Positions 9,727 to 19,219 of a DNA stretch of 64,000 nt are shown here, piece by piece; position 1 is the stretch's first letter, and the number at the start of each line of letters is the position of its first letter. The notes under the pieces are model-generated. The model saw only the letters and a program-made list of their open reading frames with translations. It was not told the origin of the DNA and did no database searches. The stretch spans positions 480,001-544,000 of the forward strand of contig CAVTCS010000003.1 of assembly GCA_963733295.1 (NCBI GenBank), written 5' to 3'. A program made the translations under genes and the position numbers. Source of the stretch: Vulcanimicrobiota bacterium (GTDB lineage Bacteria; Vulcanimicrobiota; Vulcanimicrobiia; Vulcanimicrobiales; Vulcanimicrobiaceae).

Positions 9727-10080
9727 ATGAGCCCCTACGGCCCGGTCGTCATCTTCCTCGGAGTCGCGCTCGTCCTGGCGGTGATCTTTAGCCTCATCCC
9801 GGGCTTGCTCGCCCGGCGCAAACCGAATCCCGTCAAAGCGCAGCCGTACGAATGCGGGGTCGAACCGACCTCGACGGTCGGCGGCCGGTTTTCCATCCGC
9901 TTCTACCTTATTGCGATGCTGTTCGTCGTGCTCGACGTCGAGGCGGCGTCGTTCTTCCCGTGGGCCGTGCAGATGCACGCCCTGCGAATGTACGGCCTCG
10001 TCGAGATGGTCGCGTTCGTGGTCGTTCTCGGTATCGGTTACGCCTACGTGTGGCGGAAAGGGGGTTTCCAATGGAGGTGA
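9727..10080 (+). CDS. nuoA: NADH-quinone oxidoreductase subunit A
   Basis: PYECG and [14 protein letters not shown] motifs; first gene of the operon. Confidence 0.95.
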   Translation: MSPYGPVVIFLGVALVLAVIFSLIPGLLARRKPNPVKAQPYECGVEPTSTVGGRFSIRFYLIAMLFVVLDVEAASFFPWAVQMHALRMYGLVEMVAFVVVLGIGYAYVWRKGGFQWR

Positions 10081-10550
10081 TGCCGGGACAGTTCCTCCTC
10101 GGAAAACTCGACGACGTCGCTCGCTGGGCGCAGAGTTCGAGCGTCTGGCCGCTTACCATGGGTTTGGCGTGCTGCGCCATCGAGATGATGAGCTCGCTCG
10201 ACCCACAGCACGACCTCGCGCGCCTCGGTTCGGAAGTTTTCCGCTCCTCGCCGCGCCAAGCCGACCTCATGATCGTTTCGGGCCGCGTCGCGCAAAAAAT
10301 GGCGCCGATCATCAAACGGCTCTACGACCAGATGGCCGATCCCAAGTGGGTCATTTCGATGGGCGCGTGCGCAAGTTCGGGAGGCGTGTTCGACAATTAT
10401 GCGATCGTGCAAGGCGTCGACACCGTCATCCCGGTCGACGTCTACGTGCCGGGCTGTCCGCCGACGCCCGACGGCTTGATTTATGCGATCAATCTGATCC
10501 AGCAGCAAATCCGCGAAGGCGGTCGCGGCGGGATCTTCGCGCGAGCGTAA
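10071..10550 (+). CDS. nuoB: NADH-quinone oxidoreductase subunit B
   Basis: [34 protein letters not shown]. Confidence 0.96.
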   Translation: MEVMPGQFLLGKLDDVARWAQSSSVWPLTMGLACCAIEMMSSLDPQHDLARLGSEVFRSSPRQADLMIVSGRVAQKMAPIIKRLYDQMADPKWVISMGACASSGGVFDNYAIVQGVDTVIPVDVYVPGCPPTPDGLIYAINLIQQQIREGGRGGIFARA

Positions 10551-10551
10551 C

Positions 10552-11184
10552 ATGCCGAGTCCGCAGACACCCTCGATCGCCGGGACAGCCCTCGACCCGA
10601 CGAGTCTTCGCCCGCCCATAGCCGACGCTGAAATCTTCCGCGTTACTCCGGCCGAGTTGCGCGAGCGACTGCTCGCGCTGAAGAACGAAGGGCTCGCGAT
10701 GCTGCTCGACATCGGCGCGGTCGATTATCTCGAACGCGACCCTCGCTACGACGTCGCCTACCACATGCTGGCGCTCTCCGCGGCGGCGGCCGGTAAGGGC
10801 CTCGTCTCAACTCCGCGGCGCGTGCGCGTGCTGGTCGGCGTACCCGCGGGCGAAACGACGCTTCCCTCGGTGAGCGATATTTGGCCGAACGCGGATTGGG
10901 CCGAACGCGAGATCTTCGACCTGTTCGGAATTTCGTTCGCGGGCCATCCCAATCTCAAGCGCATCCAAATGCCGTACGACTGGGTGGGTCACCCGCTGCG
11001 CAAAGACTATCCGCTGCGCGGACCGGCGCGCGAGGCGACTCCACGTCCGTCCTTTGCGCTCAAGAGCAACGTGCCCGCCGGCGTGCCGCCGTCCGGAAAA
11101 GTAGCGCAAGCGCTGCAGCGTCAGATCGCCCGCGCTCGCGGTCAAGCCGAACCGCCCGAGCCCAAAGACGGCGACGCCACATGA
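10552..11184 (+). CDS. nuoC: NADH-quinone oxidoreductase subunit C
   Basis: EREIFDLFGI.F.GHPNLKRI and GHPLRKDYP. Confidence 0.95.
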   Translation: MPSPQTPSIAGTALDPTSLRPPIADAEIFRVTPAELRERLLALKNEGLAMLLDIGAVDYLERDPRYDVAYHMLALSAAAAGKGLVSTPRRVRVLVGVPAGETTLPSVSDIWPNADWAEREIFDLFGISFAGHPNLKRIQMPYDWVGHPLRKDYPLRGPAREATPRPSFALKSNVPAGVPPSGKVAQALQRQIARARGQAEPPEPKDGDAT

Positions 11185-12389
11185 GTTTGACCGAAATCGA
11201 CGTCATCGAACGCGACGGAGACATGATGACGCTCTCGATGGGGCCGCAGCACCCGTCGACGCACGGCGTCCTTCAGGTGATGGTCAAGCTCTCCGGCGAG
11301 ACGATCGAAAAGGCCGACATGGAGATCGGCTACCTGCACACCGGCATCGAGAAGTCGGCCGAAAATCTCTTTTGGACCCAAGCAGCCACCGTCATCGAGC
11401 GGATGGATTACCTCTCTCCGCCCAGCAACGCGCTCTGCTACGTGTTGGCCGTGGAGCGGTTGCTCGGCGTCACCGATAGAATTCCGCCGCGGGCTCAGGC
11501 CGTCCGCGTCATGATGTGCGAGCTCGCGCGCATCGCCTCGCATTGCGTGTGGCTCGGGACGCACGGGATCGATCTCGGTGCCATCGGCGCGTTCTTCTAC
11601 ACCTTCGACATGCGCGAGAACATCCTCGACCTGGTGGAAGCCTCCGGCGGGGCGCGCATGCATCCGAACTACTTCCGGATCGGCGGTCTCAACGGGGACA
11701 TCCCGCGCGGATTCCTCGAGCGGCTCGACGCGCTCATCGAGAAGTTTCCCGTCCGCATGCACGAACTGCGCACGCTGCTTCAGAACAACCCGATCTTGCG
11801 AGATCGCATGATCGATGTCGGCGTCCTCAGTCCCGAAGATGCGATCGCCTACTCCGTGACCGGACCGTCGCTGCGTGCTTCGGGGATCGCCTACGACGTG
11901 CGCAAGGCGTTTCCGTATTCGGGCTACGAGTCGTACGAGTTCGACGTTCCGACGCGCACGCACGGCGACGCCTATGCGCGCTTTCTCGTACGGCTCGACG
12001 AGATGGATCAAGCGATGCGAATCGTGCGGCAAGCGCGTCGACGGCTCGACGAGCCGGGACCGGTGATGGTCGACGATCCGAAGATCGCGCCGCCGGCGAA
12101 AGAGACGATCGCGCTTTCGATGGAAGCGCTGATCCACCACTTCAAACTCGTGAGCGAAGGCTTTCGCGTACCGCCGGGCGACGTCTACCAAGCCGTCGAG
12201 GGACCGCGCGGCGAACTCGGCTTCTACTTGGTCTCGACGGGGAACAATCGGCCCTGGCGCGTGCGGACGCGTCCGCCCTCGCTGTACAATCTGCAGGTTC
12301 TCAAAGCGATCGCTCCGGGCAACCTCATCGCCGACGTCGTCGTGACGATCGGCTCGCTGGACCCGGTCTTCGGCGAGGTCGACCGGTGA
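11181..12389 (+). CDS. nuoD: NADH-quinone oxidoreductase subunit D
   Basis: MGPQHPSTHGVL, IGYLHTGIEK, C-terminal GEVDR. Confidence 0.96.
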   Translation: MSLTEIDVIERDGDMMTLSMGPQHPSTHGVLQVMVKLSGETIEKADMEIGYLHTGIEKSAENLFWTQAATVIERMDYLSPPSNALCYVLAVERLLGVTDRIPPRAQAVRVMMCELARIASHCVWLGTHGIDLGAIGAFFYTFDMRENILDLVEASGGARMHPNYFRIGGLNGDIPRGFLERLDALIEKFPVRMHELRTLLQNNPILRDRMIDVGVLSPEDAIAYSVTGPSLRASGIAYDVRKAFPYSGYESYEFDVPTRTHGDAYARFLVRLDEMDQAMRIVRQARRRLDEPGPVMVDDPKIAPPAKETIALSMEALIHHFKLVSEGFRVPPGDVYQAVEGPRGELGFYLVSTGNNRPWRVRTRPPSLYNLQVLKAIAPGNLIADVVVTIGSLDPVFGEVDR

Positions 12390-13159
12390 ACCGCGCGGTC
12401 GAGGAGCGCGACTTCGACGCGGTGCTGCGCCGAGTCAAGCCCGAAGCCGAGCGGCTCATCGGCTTGTACCCGGACAAGCGCAGCGCGTTGATGCCGATCC
12501 TGCATGCCTTCCAAGACATCGAAGGCTGGGTTTCACCCGAAGCGCTTGACGCAACCGGTGAGCTGCTCGACCTGCCGCGCTCGGTCGTCGAGTCGACCGC
12601 TTCGTTCTACACGCTGTTCTTCCGGCGGCCCGTCGGCAAGTACATGCTGCAGCCTTGCCGCAACCTCTCCTGCATCGTCAACGGCGCGTACCAAACGAAC
12701 GCGTACTTGCGGCAGAAGCTCGGCATCGGAAATCTGGAGACGACCGAGGACGGCCTCTTCTCATACGAAGAAGTCGAGTGTTTGGCCGCGTGCGACCGCG
12801 CGCCGTGCATGCAAGTCAACCTCGAATACGTGTACGACTTGACCGAAGAGAAGATCGACGGCATGCTGGCGGCGATGCGTGCCGGATCCTACGAAGTGCC
12901 GGCGTGGCCGCAAACGGCGAAGCCGGGGCGCACCTGGCACGTCGGGCCCGATCCGATGGGCAAGTCGCCGGGGGCGCGCGACGTGCCCGACCCGAACGAT
13001 CCCGGCGGCCTCGGCGACCGCACCGGCGTCTCGATGATCGAGCGGCTCGTTAGAGATCCGCAACCGATTCGGGTGCGCCCGACGCGCGAGCGTCTGGTCG
13101 TCGACGGCGATGCGATCCTTGAAGCGGAAGCTGCCGAAGCGGAGGGTTCCGGACACTAA
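12386..13159 (+). CDS. nuoE: NADH-quinone oxidoreductase subunit E (with C-terminal extension)
   Basis: CRNLSC...ECLAACDRAP 2Fe-2S ligands; GTG start overlaps the nuoD stop. Confidence 0.93.
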   Translation: MNRAVEERDFDAVLRRVKPEAERLIGLYPDKRSALMPILHAFQDIEGWVSPEALDATGELLDLPRSVVESTASFYTLFFRRPVGKYMLQPCRNLSCIVNGAYQTNAYLRQKLGIGNLETTEDGLFSYEEVECLAACDRAPCMQVNLEYVYDLTEEKIDGMLAAMRAGSYEVPAWPQTAKPGRTWHVGPDPMGKSPGARDVPDPNDPGGLGDRTGVSMIERLVRDPQPIRVRPTRERLVVDGDAILEAEAAEAEGSGH

Positions 13160-14478
13160 TGCCCGTCGTCAGAGTGCTCACCGCCGGGATCGGCGAGGTC
13201 GACCTGCGCGATATCGATACGTACCGCAAGCGTGGCGGCTACGAGCAGTGGAAGCGCGCGGTTACGGAGATGCAGCCCAGCGCGATCCTCGACATGACGA
13301 TGAAGTCGGGGCTGCGCGGGCGCGGCGGGGCCGGGTTTCCGACCGGCCGCAAGTGGAGTTTTTTGCCCGACAACGGCCGCCCGCGCTATCTCGTCTGCAA
13401 CTCCGATGAGGCCGAGCCCGGAACGTTCAAGGATCGCATGCTGCTCGAGGAGACCCCGCATCAAGTGCTCGAGGGGATGCTCATCGCCGCGTATTCGATC
13501 GGTTCGACGCACGCCTTCATCTATATCCGCGGTGAGTTCAAGGCCGCCTACTCCACCTTCATGGAAGCGTTGGCGCAAGCTCGCGCGGCCGGCTTCGTCG
13601 GTCAGAAGCTTTTCGGGACGGAGTATTCGGTCGAGGTGACGGTCCACCGCGGGGCCGGCGCGTACATCTGCGGCGAAGAGACCGCGCTCCTCAATTCGCT
13701 CGAAGGCAAACGCGGCGAACCCCGGCTCAAGCCGCCCTTTCCCGCGGTTAAGGGCCTATACGGCGAGCCCACCGTCGTCAACAACACCGAGACGGTCGCA
13801 TCGCTTCCGCATCTGTTGAAGAACGGCGTCGAGTGGTTTACGGCAATCGGAACCGCGAAATCGCCCGGACCGAAGATCGTTTCGATCAGCGGTCACGTCA
13901 AGAAACCCGGGAACTACGAAGTCCCGCTCGGGACGACGCTGCGCGAACTCTTGGAGCTGGCCGGCGGCCCGCGGGACGGCCGCAAGATCGTCGCGGTGCA
14001 ACCCGGCGGCGGTTCGTCGGCGTGCCTCTTTGACGAGCATCTCGACCTCGCGTACGATTTCGACACGATGGCCCAGAACGGCACGATGCTCGGTTCGGGC
14101 GCCGTCGTGTTCTTCGACGATACGACGGACTTCGTGAAAGCGGCGCACGCGCTGGTGCGCTTCTTCGCGTTCGAGTCCTGCGGTCAGTGCACGCCCTGCC
14201 GCGAAGGCGGCCATTGGCTCGAGATTACGCTCGAGCGGCTCATCGCCGGCGGCGGCGTCGATTCGGATATCGACATGCTCGTGAAGGTCAGCGCGCAGCT
14301 GACCGGTATCAACCTGTGTCCGCTCGGCGATTCGATCGAACCGTTCTTAGCTTCGGTCGTCGAAGCGATTCGAAGCGCAATTCCGGGCCTACGTCCGCAA
14401 GCCGGAAGCGGTGACGGCGTGATGCGGTGGAGCAGAAGCGCGAGGCGCCCAATGACGTGCGAGGTTTTGCTTGGCTAA
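13159..14478 (+). CDS. nuoF: NADH-quinone oxidoreductase subunit F (probable frameshift near the 3' end)
   Basis: GLRGRGGAGFPTG, DEAEPGTFKDR, GAGAYICGEETAL, ESCGQCTPCREG, CPLG. Confidence 0.95.
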   Translation: MPVVRVLTAGIGEVDLRDIDTYRKRGGYEQWKRAVTEMQPSAILDMTMKSGLRGRGGAGFPTGRKWSFLPDNGRPRYLVCNSDEAEPGTFKDRMLLEETPHQVLEGMLIAAYSIGSTHAFIYIRGEFKAAYSTFMEALAQARAAGFVGQKLFGTEYSVEVTVHRGAGAYICGEETALLNSLEGKRGEPRLKPPFPAVKGLYGEPTVVNNTETVASLPHLLKNGVEWFTAIGTAKSPGPKIVSISGHVKKPGNYEVPLGTTLRELLELAGGPRDGRKIVAVQPGGGSSACLFDEHLDLAYDFDTMAQNGTMLGSGAVVFFDDTTDFVKAAHALVRFFAFESCGQCTPCREGGHWLEITLERLIAGGGVDSDIDMLVKVSAQLTGINLCPLGDSIEPFLASVVEAIRSAIPGLRPQAGSGDGVMRWSRSARRPMTCEVLLG

Positions 14479-16720
14479 AGACGTGACGCTGACGATCGAC
14501 GGCACGAGCCTTACCGTACCGGCCGGAACGTTGCTCGTCGAAGCCGCCAAGGCGATTCGAACGGACATCCCGGTCTACTGTTATCATCCCAAACTGGGAC
14601 CGGCCGGATTGTGCCGGATTTGCCTCGTCGACGTCGAGAAGACGCCGAAGTTGCAGATCGCCTGCAACACCGCCGCGACCGAAGGAATGGTGGTGCACAC
14701 CTACGGCCCAAAGGTCGAGGCCGGAAGGCGCGCCGTTCTCGAGTTCTTGCTGCTGAACCATCCGCTGGATTGTCCCATCTGCGACAAAGGCGGCGAGTGC
14801 GATCTGCAAGATTTCACGATTGCGTACGGTCGGGGCGCCTCACGTCTGGCCGACCCGAAGACAAAAAAGCCCAAGGCGGTCGAACTCGGTCCGACGATCG
14901 TGCTCGACAACGAACGCTGCATCGTCTGTCAGCGTTGCTCGCGCTTCGATGAGATCATCACCCAAGAGCGTTCGCTCGTCGTCAAGGACCGGGGTCAATC
15001 CGACATCATCGCCACCGCGACCGGCGCGGCGTACCTCTCGAACTTCAGCGGCAACGTGACCGAGCTTTGCCCGGTCGGCGCGCTCACCTCGAAAACGTAC
15101 CGCTTCAAGTCGCGCCCTTGGGACCTCGAACGGACCGCGACGACGTGTCTCGGGTGCAGCGTCGGATGCGCGCTCAACATCGACGAGCGGCACGGCGCCG
15201 TTCTGCGCACGATGTCGGAACCTTCCGACGACGCCCAATCCGACGGGTGGCTCTGCGATCGGGGCCGCTACAACGTCGGCTTCTACAGCGACCCGCGTCG
15301 TTTGACGGCGCCGCTCCTGCGCGAAGGCGATGACTGGGTTCAGATCGCTTGGGACGACGCGATCGAACTCTGGGCGAAGAACCTGCGCGATGCGACCGCT
15401 GCCGCCAGCGGTGCGCTCGGCGGCGGATGCTTGACGAACGAAGAGGCCTGGCTCTTCCAATATCTCGTTCGTGCGCGCGGCGGCGACAATCTCGATTGGC
15501 GTACCGGGCGGCAGCGGCAAGCCTCCGCCTCGCGTTTTCCGGGCAGCTACGCCGATCTCGAGACGGCGCAAGCGATCGTCGCGATTGGCCGGCCGCCTTC
15601 GCAGACGGCACCCGTCATGGATTTGCGCATCCGCAAGGCGGTCGCGCACAAGGGCGCGCAGCTGTTTACCGTAGGATTGCATCGGGCGCGTTCGTCGGTG
15701 CCCGAGAAACACGTCGCCGAGCCTGCGGAGCTTGCTGGTCTGCTGGAGGGTTTCGAGCGCATCGCGTTCGTTTGGGATGGCATCGATCTCGCCCGCGGTG
15801 CCGAAGCGGCGAAGCTGATGACGCAGCTCGCAGCGAAAGGCGCCGCCGTCGTGGCTTTCGTTCCGGGCGAGCAGCCGAACGCGCGCGGTGCCGAAACGCT
15901 CGGGCTCGTGCCGCGCAGCGGAGGCCTCGACGCATTCGGCATGTTCGACGCGGCGCGGGGCGGGAAGCTCAACGTCCTTTCGATTCTCGGCGCCAATCCG
16001 GTTCTGCACCACCCTTCCGGCGCCGCCGCCGTTCGTGCCGCACTGGCGCGGGTTCCATTCGTCGTCGTGAGCGAGCTGTTCATGACCGAGACGGCAGCGC
16101 TCGCGAACCTCGTCTTACCGGCGCGCGGCGCCTTCGAGAAGAGCGGCCACGTGACGGATATGACCGGCACGATCTTGCCCTTGCGCGCCGGTCACCGCGC
16201 GCCGGAAGGGACGCTCGCGGACGGGGAAATGCTCGTCGCGCTCGCGGCCGCACTCGGTGTCGAGCTGCCGGCGCCGGACGCTATCGAAGCGCAAGCGATG
16301 AGCGCCGCATCGACTCCCGCCGGCTTCGCCGACGTTGCGCTCAGCGGCACCGCGCCGTCGCGGCGTGAGAGCGAGGGCAGTCTCGTCGTCGCGATCGCGG
16401 CCCATCCGTTCGCCGGCGGCGGCACGCTCCACCATGACGAGAGCCTTCACGAGCTGCGTCCGCTTCCGTCTGCGACGCTCTCCCCGGCCACCGCGCTCGC
16501 TGCGGGTGTCAGTGACGGTGAGACGGTCGATCTCGCCGTCGGTCAGCGCGTCGTGCACGACCTTCTGATCGCCGTCGACGACGGCGCCATCGACGGCGCG
16601 ATCTCGATCGTCGACGGCATTCCGGCCGCGCCCGCCAACGATCTGCTCGAAGGCGAGATGGCGCGCCTGATCAACGTCCGGTCCGTCCGCGCGCTCGCAG
16701 CCGGAGGCGCTGCAGGGTGA
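14471..16720 (+). CDS. nuoG: NADH-quinone oxidoreductase subunit G
   Basis: CYHPKL..CRIC, HPLDCPICDKGGECDLQ, CIVCQRC, CLGCSVGC...LCDRGR. Confidence 0.95.
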   Translation: MAKDVTLTIDGTSLTVPAGTLLVEAAKAIRTDIPVYCYHPKLGPAGLCRICLVDVEKTPKLQIACNTAATEGMVVHTYGPKVEAGRRAVLEFLLLNHPLDCPICDKGGECDLQDFTIAYGRGASRLADPKTKKPKAVELGPTIVLDNERCIVCQRCSRFDEIITQERSLVVKDRGQSDIIATATGAAYLSNFSGNVTELCPVGALTSKTYRFKSRPWDLERTATTCLGCSVGCALNIDERHGAVLRTMSEPSDDAQSDGWLCDRGRYNVGFYSDPRRLTAPLLREGDDWVQIAWDDAIELWAKNLRDATAAASGALGGGCLTNEEAWLFQYLVRARGGDNLDWRTGRQRQASASRFPGSYADLETAQAIVAIGRPPSQTAPVMDLRIRKAVAHKGAQLFTVGLHRARSSVPEKHVAEPAELAGLLEGFERIAFVWDGIDLARGAEAAKLMTQLAAKGAAVVAFVPGEQPNARGAETLGLVPRSGGLDAFGMFDAARGGKLNVLSILGANPVLHHPSGAAAVRAALARVPFVVVSELFMTETAALANLVLPARGAFEKSGHVTDMTGTILPLRAGHRAPEGTLADGEMLVALAAALGVELPAPDAIEAQAMSAASTPAGFADVALSGTAPSRRESEGSLVVAIAAHPFAGGGTLHHDESLHELRPLPSATLSPATALAAGVSDGETVDLAVGQRVVHDLLIAVDDGAIDGAISIVDGIPAAPANDLLEGEMARLINVRSVRALAAGGAAG

Positions 16721-17724
16721 ACGCAGTCTTGGACGTGTTGAACGCCACGCCGCTTTGGCTCATCGCGCTCATCAAATCGGTGGTCCTCCTGGTCATCGTT
16801 TTAACTGCTTTCGCATATGCGATGCTCTTCGAGCGCAAGATCCTGGGTTGGATGCAGTTAAGGCCGGGACCGAATCGCGTCGGACCGTGGGGTCTGCTGC
16901 AGCCGGCCGCGGACGCAGGCAAGATGCTGTTCAAGGAAGATCTTACCCCCGAAACCGCCGACCCGCTGATCTACAAACTGGCGCCGTTCATCTCGCTCTT
17001 CGTGGCGATGGCGACGTTCGCCGTGATCCCGTTTTCAGAATCGGGGAACGGCCTATGGGCGGTCGGAGACGTAAACTCCGGCATCCTGTTCATCTTCGCG
17101 TTGACCGCAGTCGGCGTCTACGGTGTCTCGCTCGGTGGCTGGTCCTCGGGTTCGAAGTATCCGCTCATCGGGGGTATACGCTCGACCGCACAGATGATCA
17201 GCTACGAACTCGCGATGACCATGTCGATTATCGGCGTCCTGATCCTGGCCGGCACGACGTCGCTCGCGGGGATCGTCCACGCCCAAGACCGGCTTTGGTT
17301 CATCGTTCCGCAGTTCGTGGGTTTCCTGATCTACATCGTTACCGCGGTCGCCGAAACCAACCGCACGCCCTTCGATCTCGTCGAAGCCGAAAGCGAGCTC
17401 GTCGCGGGCTTCCACACCGAATACTCGGGACTCCGTTTCGGCCTGTTCTTCATCGCCGAGTACTTGAACATGATCACCGTGGCGTGCGTCGCGACGCTGC
17501 TCTTCTTGGGCGGGTGGGGTGCGCCGTTCGGGCTCGCCGTCGTCCCGGGAATCGTCTGGTTCGTGCTGAAGGCCGGTCTGTTCGTCTTCCTCTATATCTG
17601 GTTGCGCGGAACCTTTCCGCGCTTGCGCTACGATCGTCTGATGGCGTTCGGGTGGAAGGTCCTCTTACCGGTCGCGGTAGTCAACTTGATCGTTACGGCC
17701 GCAATCGTGGCGGTGGTGGGGTAA
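16717..17724 (+). CDS. nuoH: NADH-quinone oxidoreductase subunit H
   Basis: ERKILGWMQLRPGPNRVG, AETNRTPFDL, PRLRYD. Confidence 0.96.
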   Translation: MNAVLDVLNATPLWLIALIKSVVLLVIVLTAFAYAMLFERKILGWMQLRPGPNRVGPWGLLQPAADAGKMLFKEDLTPETADPLIYKLAPFISLFVAMATFAVIPFSESGNGLWAVGDVNSGILFIFALTAVGVYGVSLGGWSSGSKYPLIGGIRSTAQMISYELAMTMSIIGVLILAGTTSLAGIVHAQDRLWFIVPQFVGFLIYIVTAVAETNRTPFDLVEAESELVAGFHTEYSGLRFGLFFIAEYLNMITVACVATLLFLGGWGAPFGLAVVPGIVWFVLKAGLFVFLYIWLRGTFPRLRYDRLMAFGWKVLLPVAVVNLIVTAAIVAVVG

Positions 17725-17727
17725 AAC

Positions 17728-18324
17728 GTGAACTCCTATTTCGCTGGTGTGGTGGCGCTCGTCCGGGGTCTCTTGACGACGATGTCCTTCACCTTCAAGA
17801 AGAAGCCGACGATTCCGTATCCGTCGGTCAAAAAGCAGCACGCGCCGCGTTTCCACGGCTTGCACGAACTGCGCCGCTACGGCGACGGCAAGGAGCGCTG
17901 CATCGGCTGCGAACTCTGCGCGATCGCCTGCCCTGCCAACGCCATCACCGTGATCGGAACCGAGAACGCTCCCGGCGATCGCCGTTCGCCGGGCGAGCGT
18001 TATGCCGCGCGCTACGAAATCGACGAGTTGCGCTGCATCTTTTGCGGCATGTGCGAAGAAGCGTGTCCGACCGACGCGATCGTGCTGACCCCGCGTTTTG
18101 AGATGGCCGACTACCGGCGCGGATCGTTCATTTACGCCAAGGACCGCCTGCTCGTGCCACCCGAAGCGGGAGTGGGCGTCGCACCCGACGAGCGCCCCGG
18201 CGGCATTCCGGCCGATCTCGGCGAGGTCGCCGAGCAGAAGAGCACCGTCGATGTCGCCGACGGCTACGGCGCTACTTGGCGCGGCACGATCCTCAAGACC
18301 CAACGGAAGGGTCTGGCCGGATGA
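17728..18324 (+). CDS. nuoI: NADH-quinone oxidoreductase subunit I
   Basis: Two 4Fe-4S motifs, CIGCELCAIACP and CIFCGMCEEACP. Confidence 0.95.
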   Translation: MNSYFAGVVALVRGLLTTMSFTFKKKPTIPYPSVKKQHAPRFHGLHELRRYGDGKERCIGCELCAIACPANAITVIGTENAPGDRRSPGERYAARYEIDELRCIFCGMCEEACPTDAIVLTPRFEMADYRRGSFIYAKDRLLVPPEAGVGVAPDERPGGIPADLGEVAEQKSTVDVADGYGATWRGTILKTQRKGLAG

Positions 18325-18917
18325 CGGTGTTCTGGATTCTTGGCGTGCTCCTCGTTGCGAGCGCGATCTTCACCGTCACGCAGAAGAGCCCCGTGCACAG
18401 CGTCATCGGTTTGCTCGTGCACCTCGTTACGCTCGCGGCGCTCTTCATGACGCTCGATGCCGAGTTCTTGGGGATCGTTCAAATCCTGATCTACGGCGGC
18501 GCGACCCTCATGCTCTTCGTCTTCGTCATCGCGCTGCTCTCGAGCGGAACCGTTCCGCTCAGCGACGGCCCCAACCGGTTGCCGTTCGCGCGTGGACCGG
18601 CTGTTGCGATCGTGATCGTCGCTTTCGCGGCACTCGTCTACGCGGTGCTCCGCGAACCGCTGTCCCCCGGTAGCATTCTCGCGCCGAGCTCCACGCTCGG
18701 ACAAGCCGGACAGCCGGACGTCTTCGGAAGCATCGGCGACTTCGGGGCGGCGCTGTTCACGACGCACCTCTTGCCTTTCGAGGTGACCGCCTTCATTCTC
18801 ATGGTCGCCGTGATCGGGGTCGTGCTGATCGCGGCCGACGCCGCTCCCGAGCGTACGCGAGGACGTCACCCCGTCCGGCCGGCGCGCGAGCGCGAGCCGA
18901 TCGTCAAGGTTCGATGA
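18321..18917 (+). CDS. nuoJ: NADH-quinone oxidoreductase subunit J
   Basis: AEFLGIVQILIYGGA and LPFEV motifs; operon position. Confidence 0.93.
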   Translation: MTVFWILGVLLVASAIFTVTQKSPVHSVIGLLVHLVTLAALFMTLDAEFLGIVQILIYGGATLMLFVFVIALLSSGTVPLSDGPNRLPFARGPAVAIVIVAFAALVYAVLREPLSPGSILAPSSTLGQAGQPDVFGSIGDFGAALFTTHLLPFEVTAFILMVAVIGVVLIAADAAPERTRGRHPVRPAREREPIVKVR

Positions 18918-19219
18918 GCGTCGACCCGTCGCCGTACGTGGCGCTCTCGGCGGTGATTTTCTTCATCGGCGTACTCGGCGTGCTGCTCCGGCGCAATCCG
19001 CTGATCGTCCTCATGTCGATCGAACTGATGCTCAACGCGGCAAACTTGGCCCTCGTTGCCTTTTCGCGCGCCTGGGTCAACAACGCGGGCCACGTGTTCG
19101 TCTTCTTGGTGATCACGGTAGCGGCTGCCGAAGCCGCGATCGGGCTCGCCATCGTGGTCGCGGTTTTCAGACGAAGCACCAACGTCGACGTCGACGAAGT
19201 CGCGAGCCTGCGCGGATGA
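18914..19219 (+). CDS. nuoK: NADH-quinone oxidoreductase subunit K
   Basis: LMSIELMLNAANL, VAAAEAAIGLAI. Confidence 0.96.
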   Translation: MSVDPSPYVALSAVIFFIGVLGVLLRRNPLIVLMSIELMLNAANLALVAFSRAWVNNAGHVFVFLVITVAAAEAAIGLAIVVAVFRRSTNVDVDEVASLRG

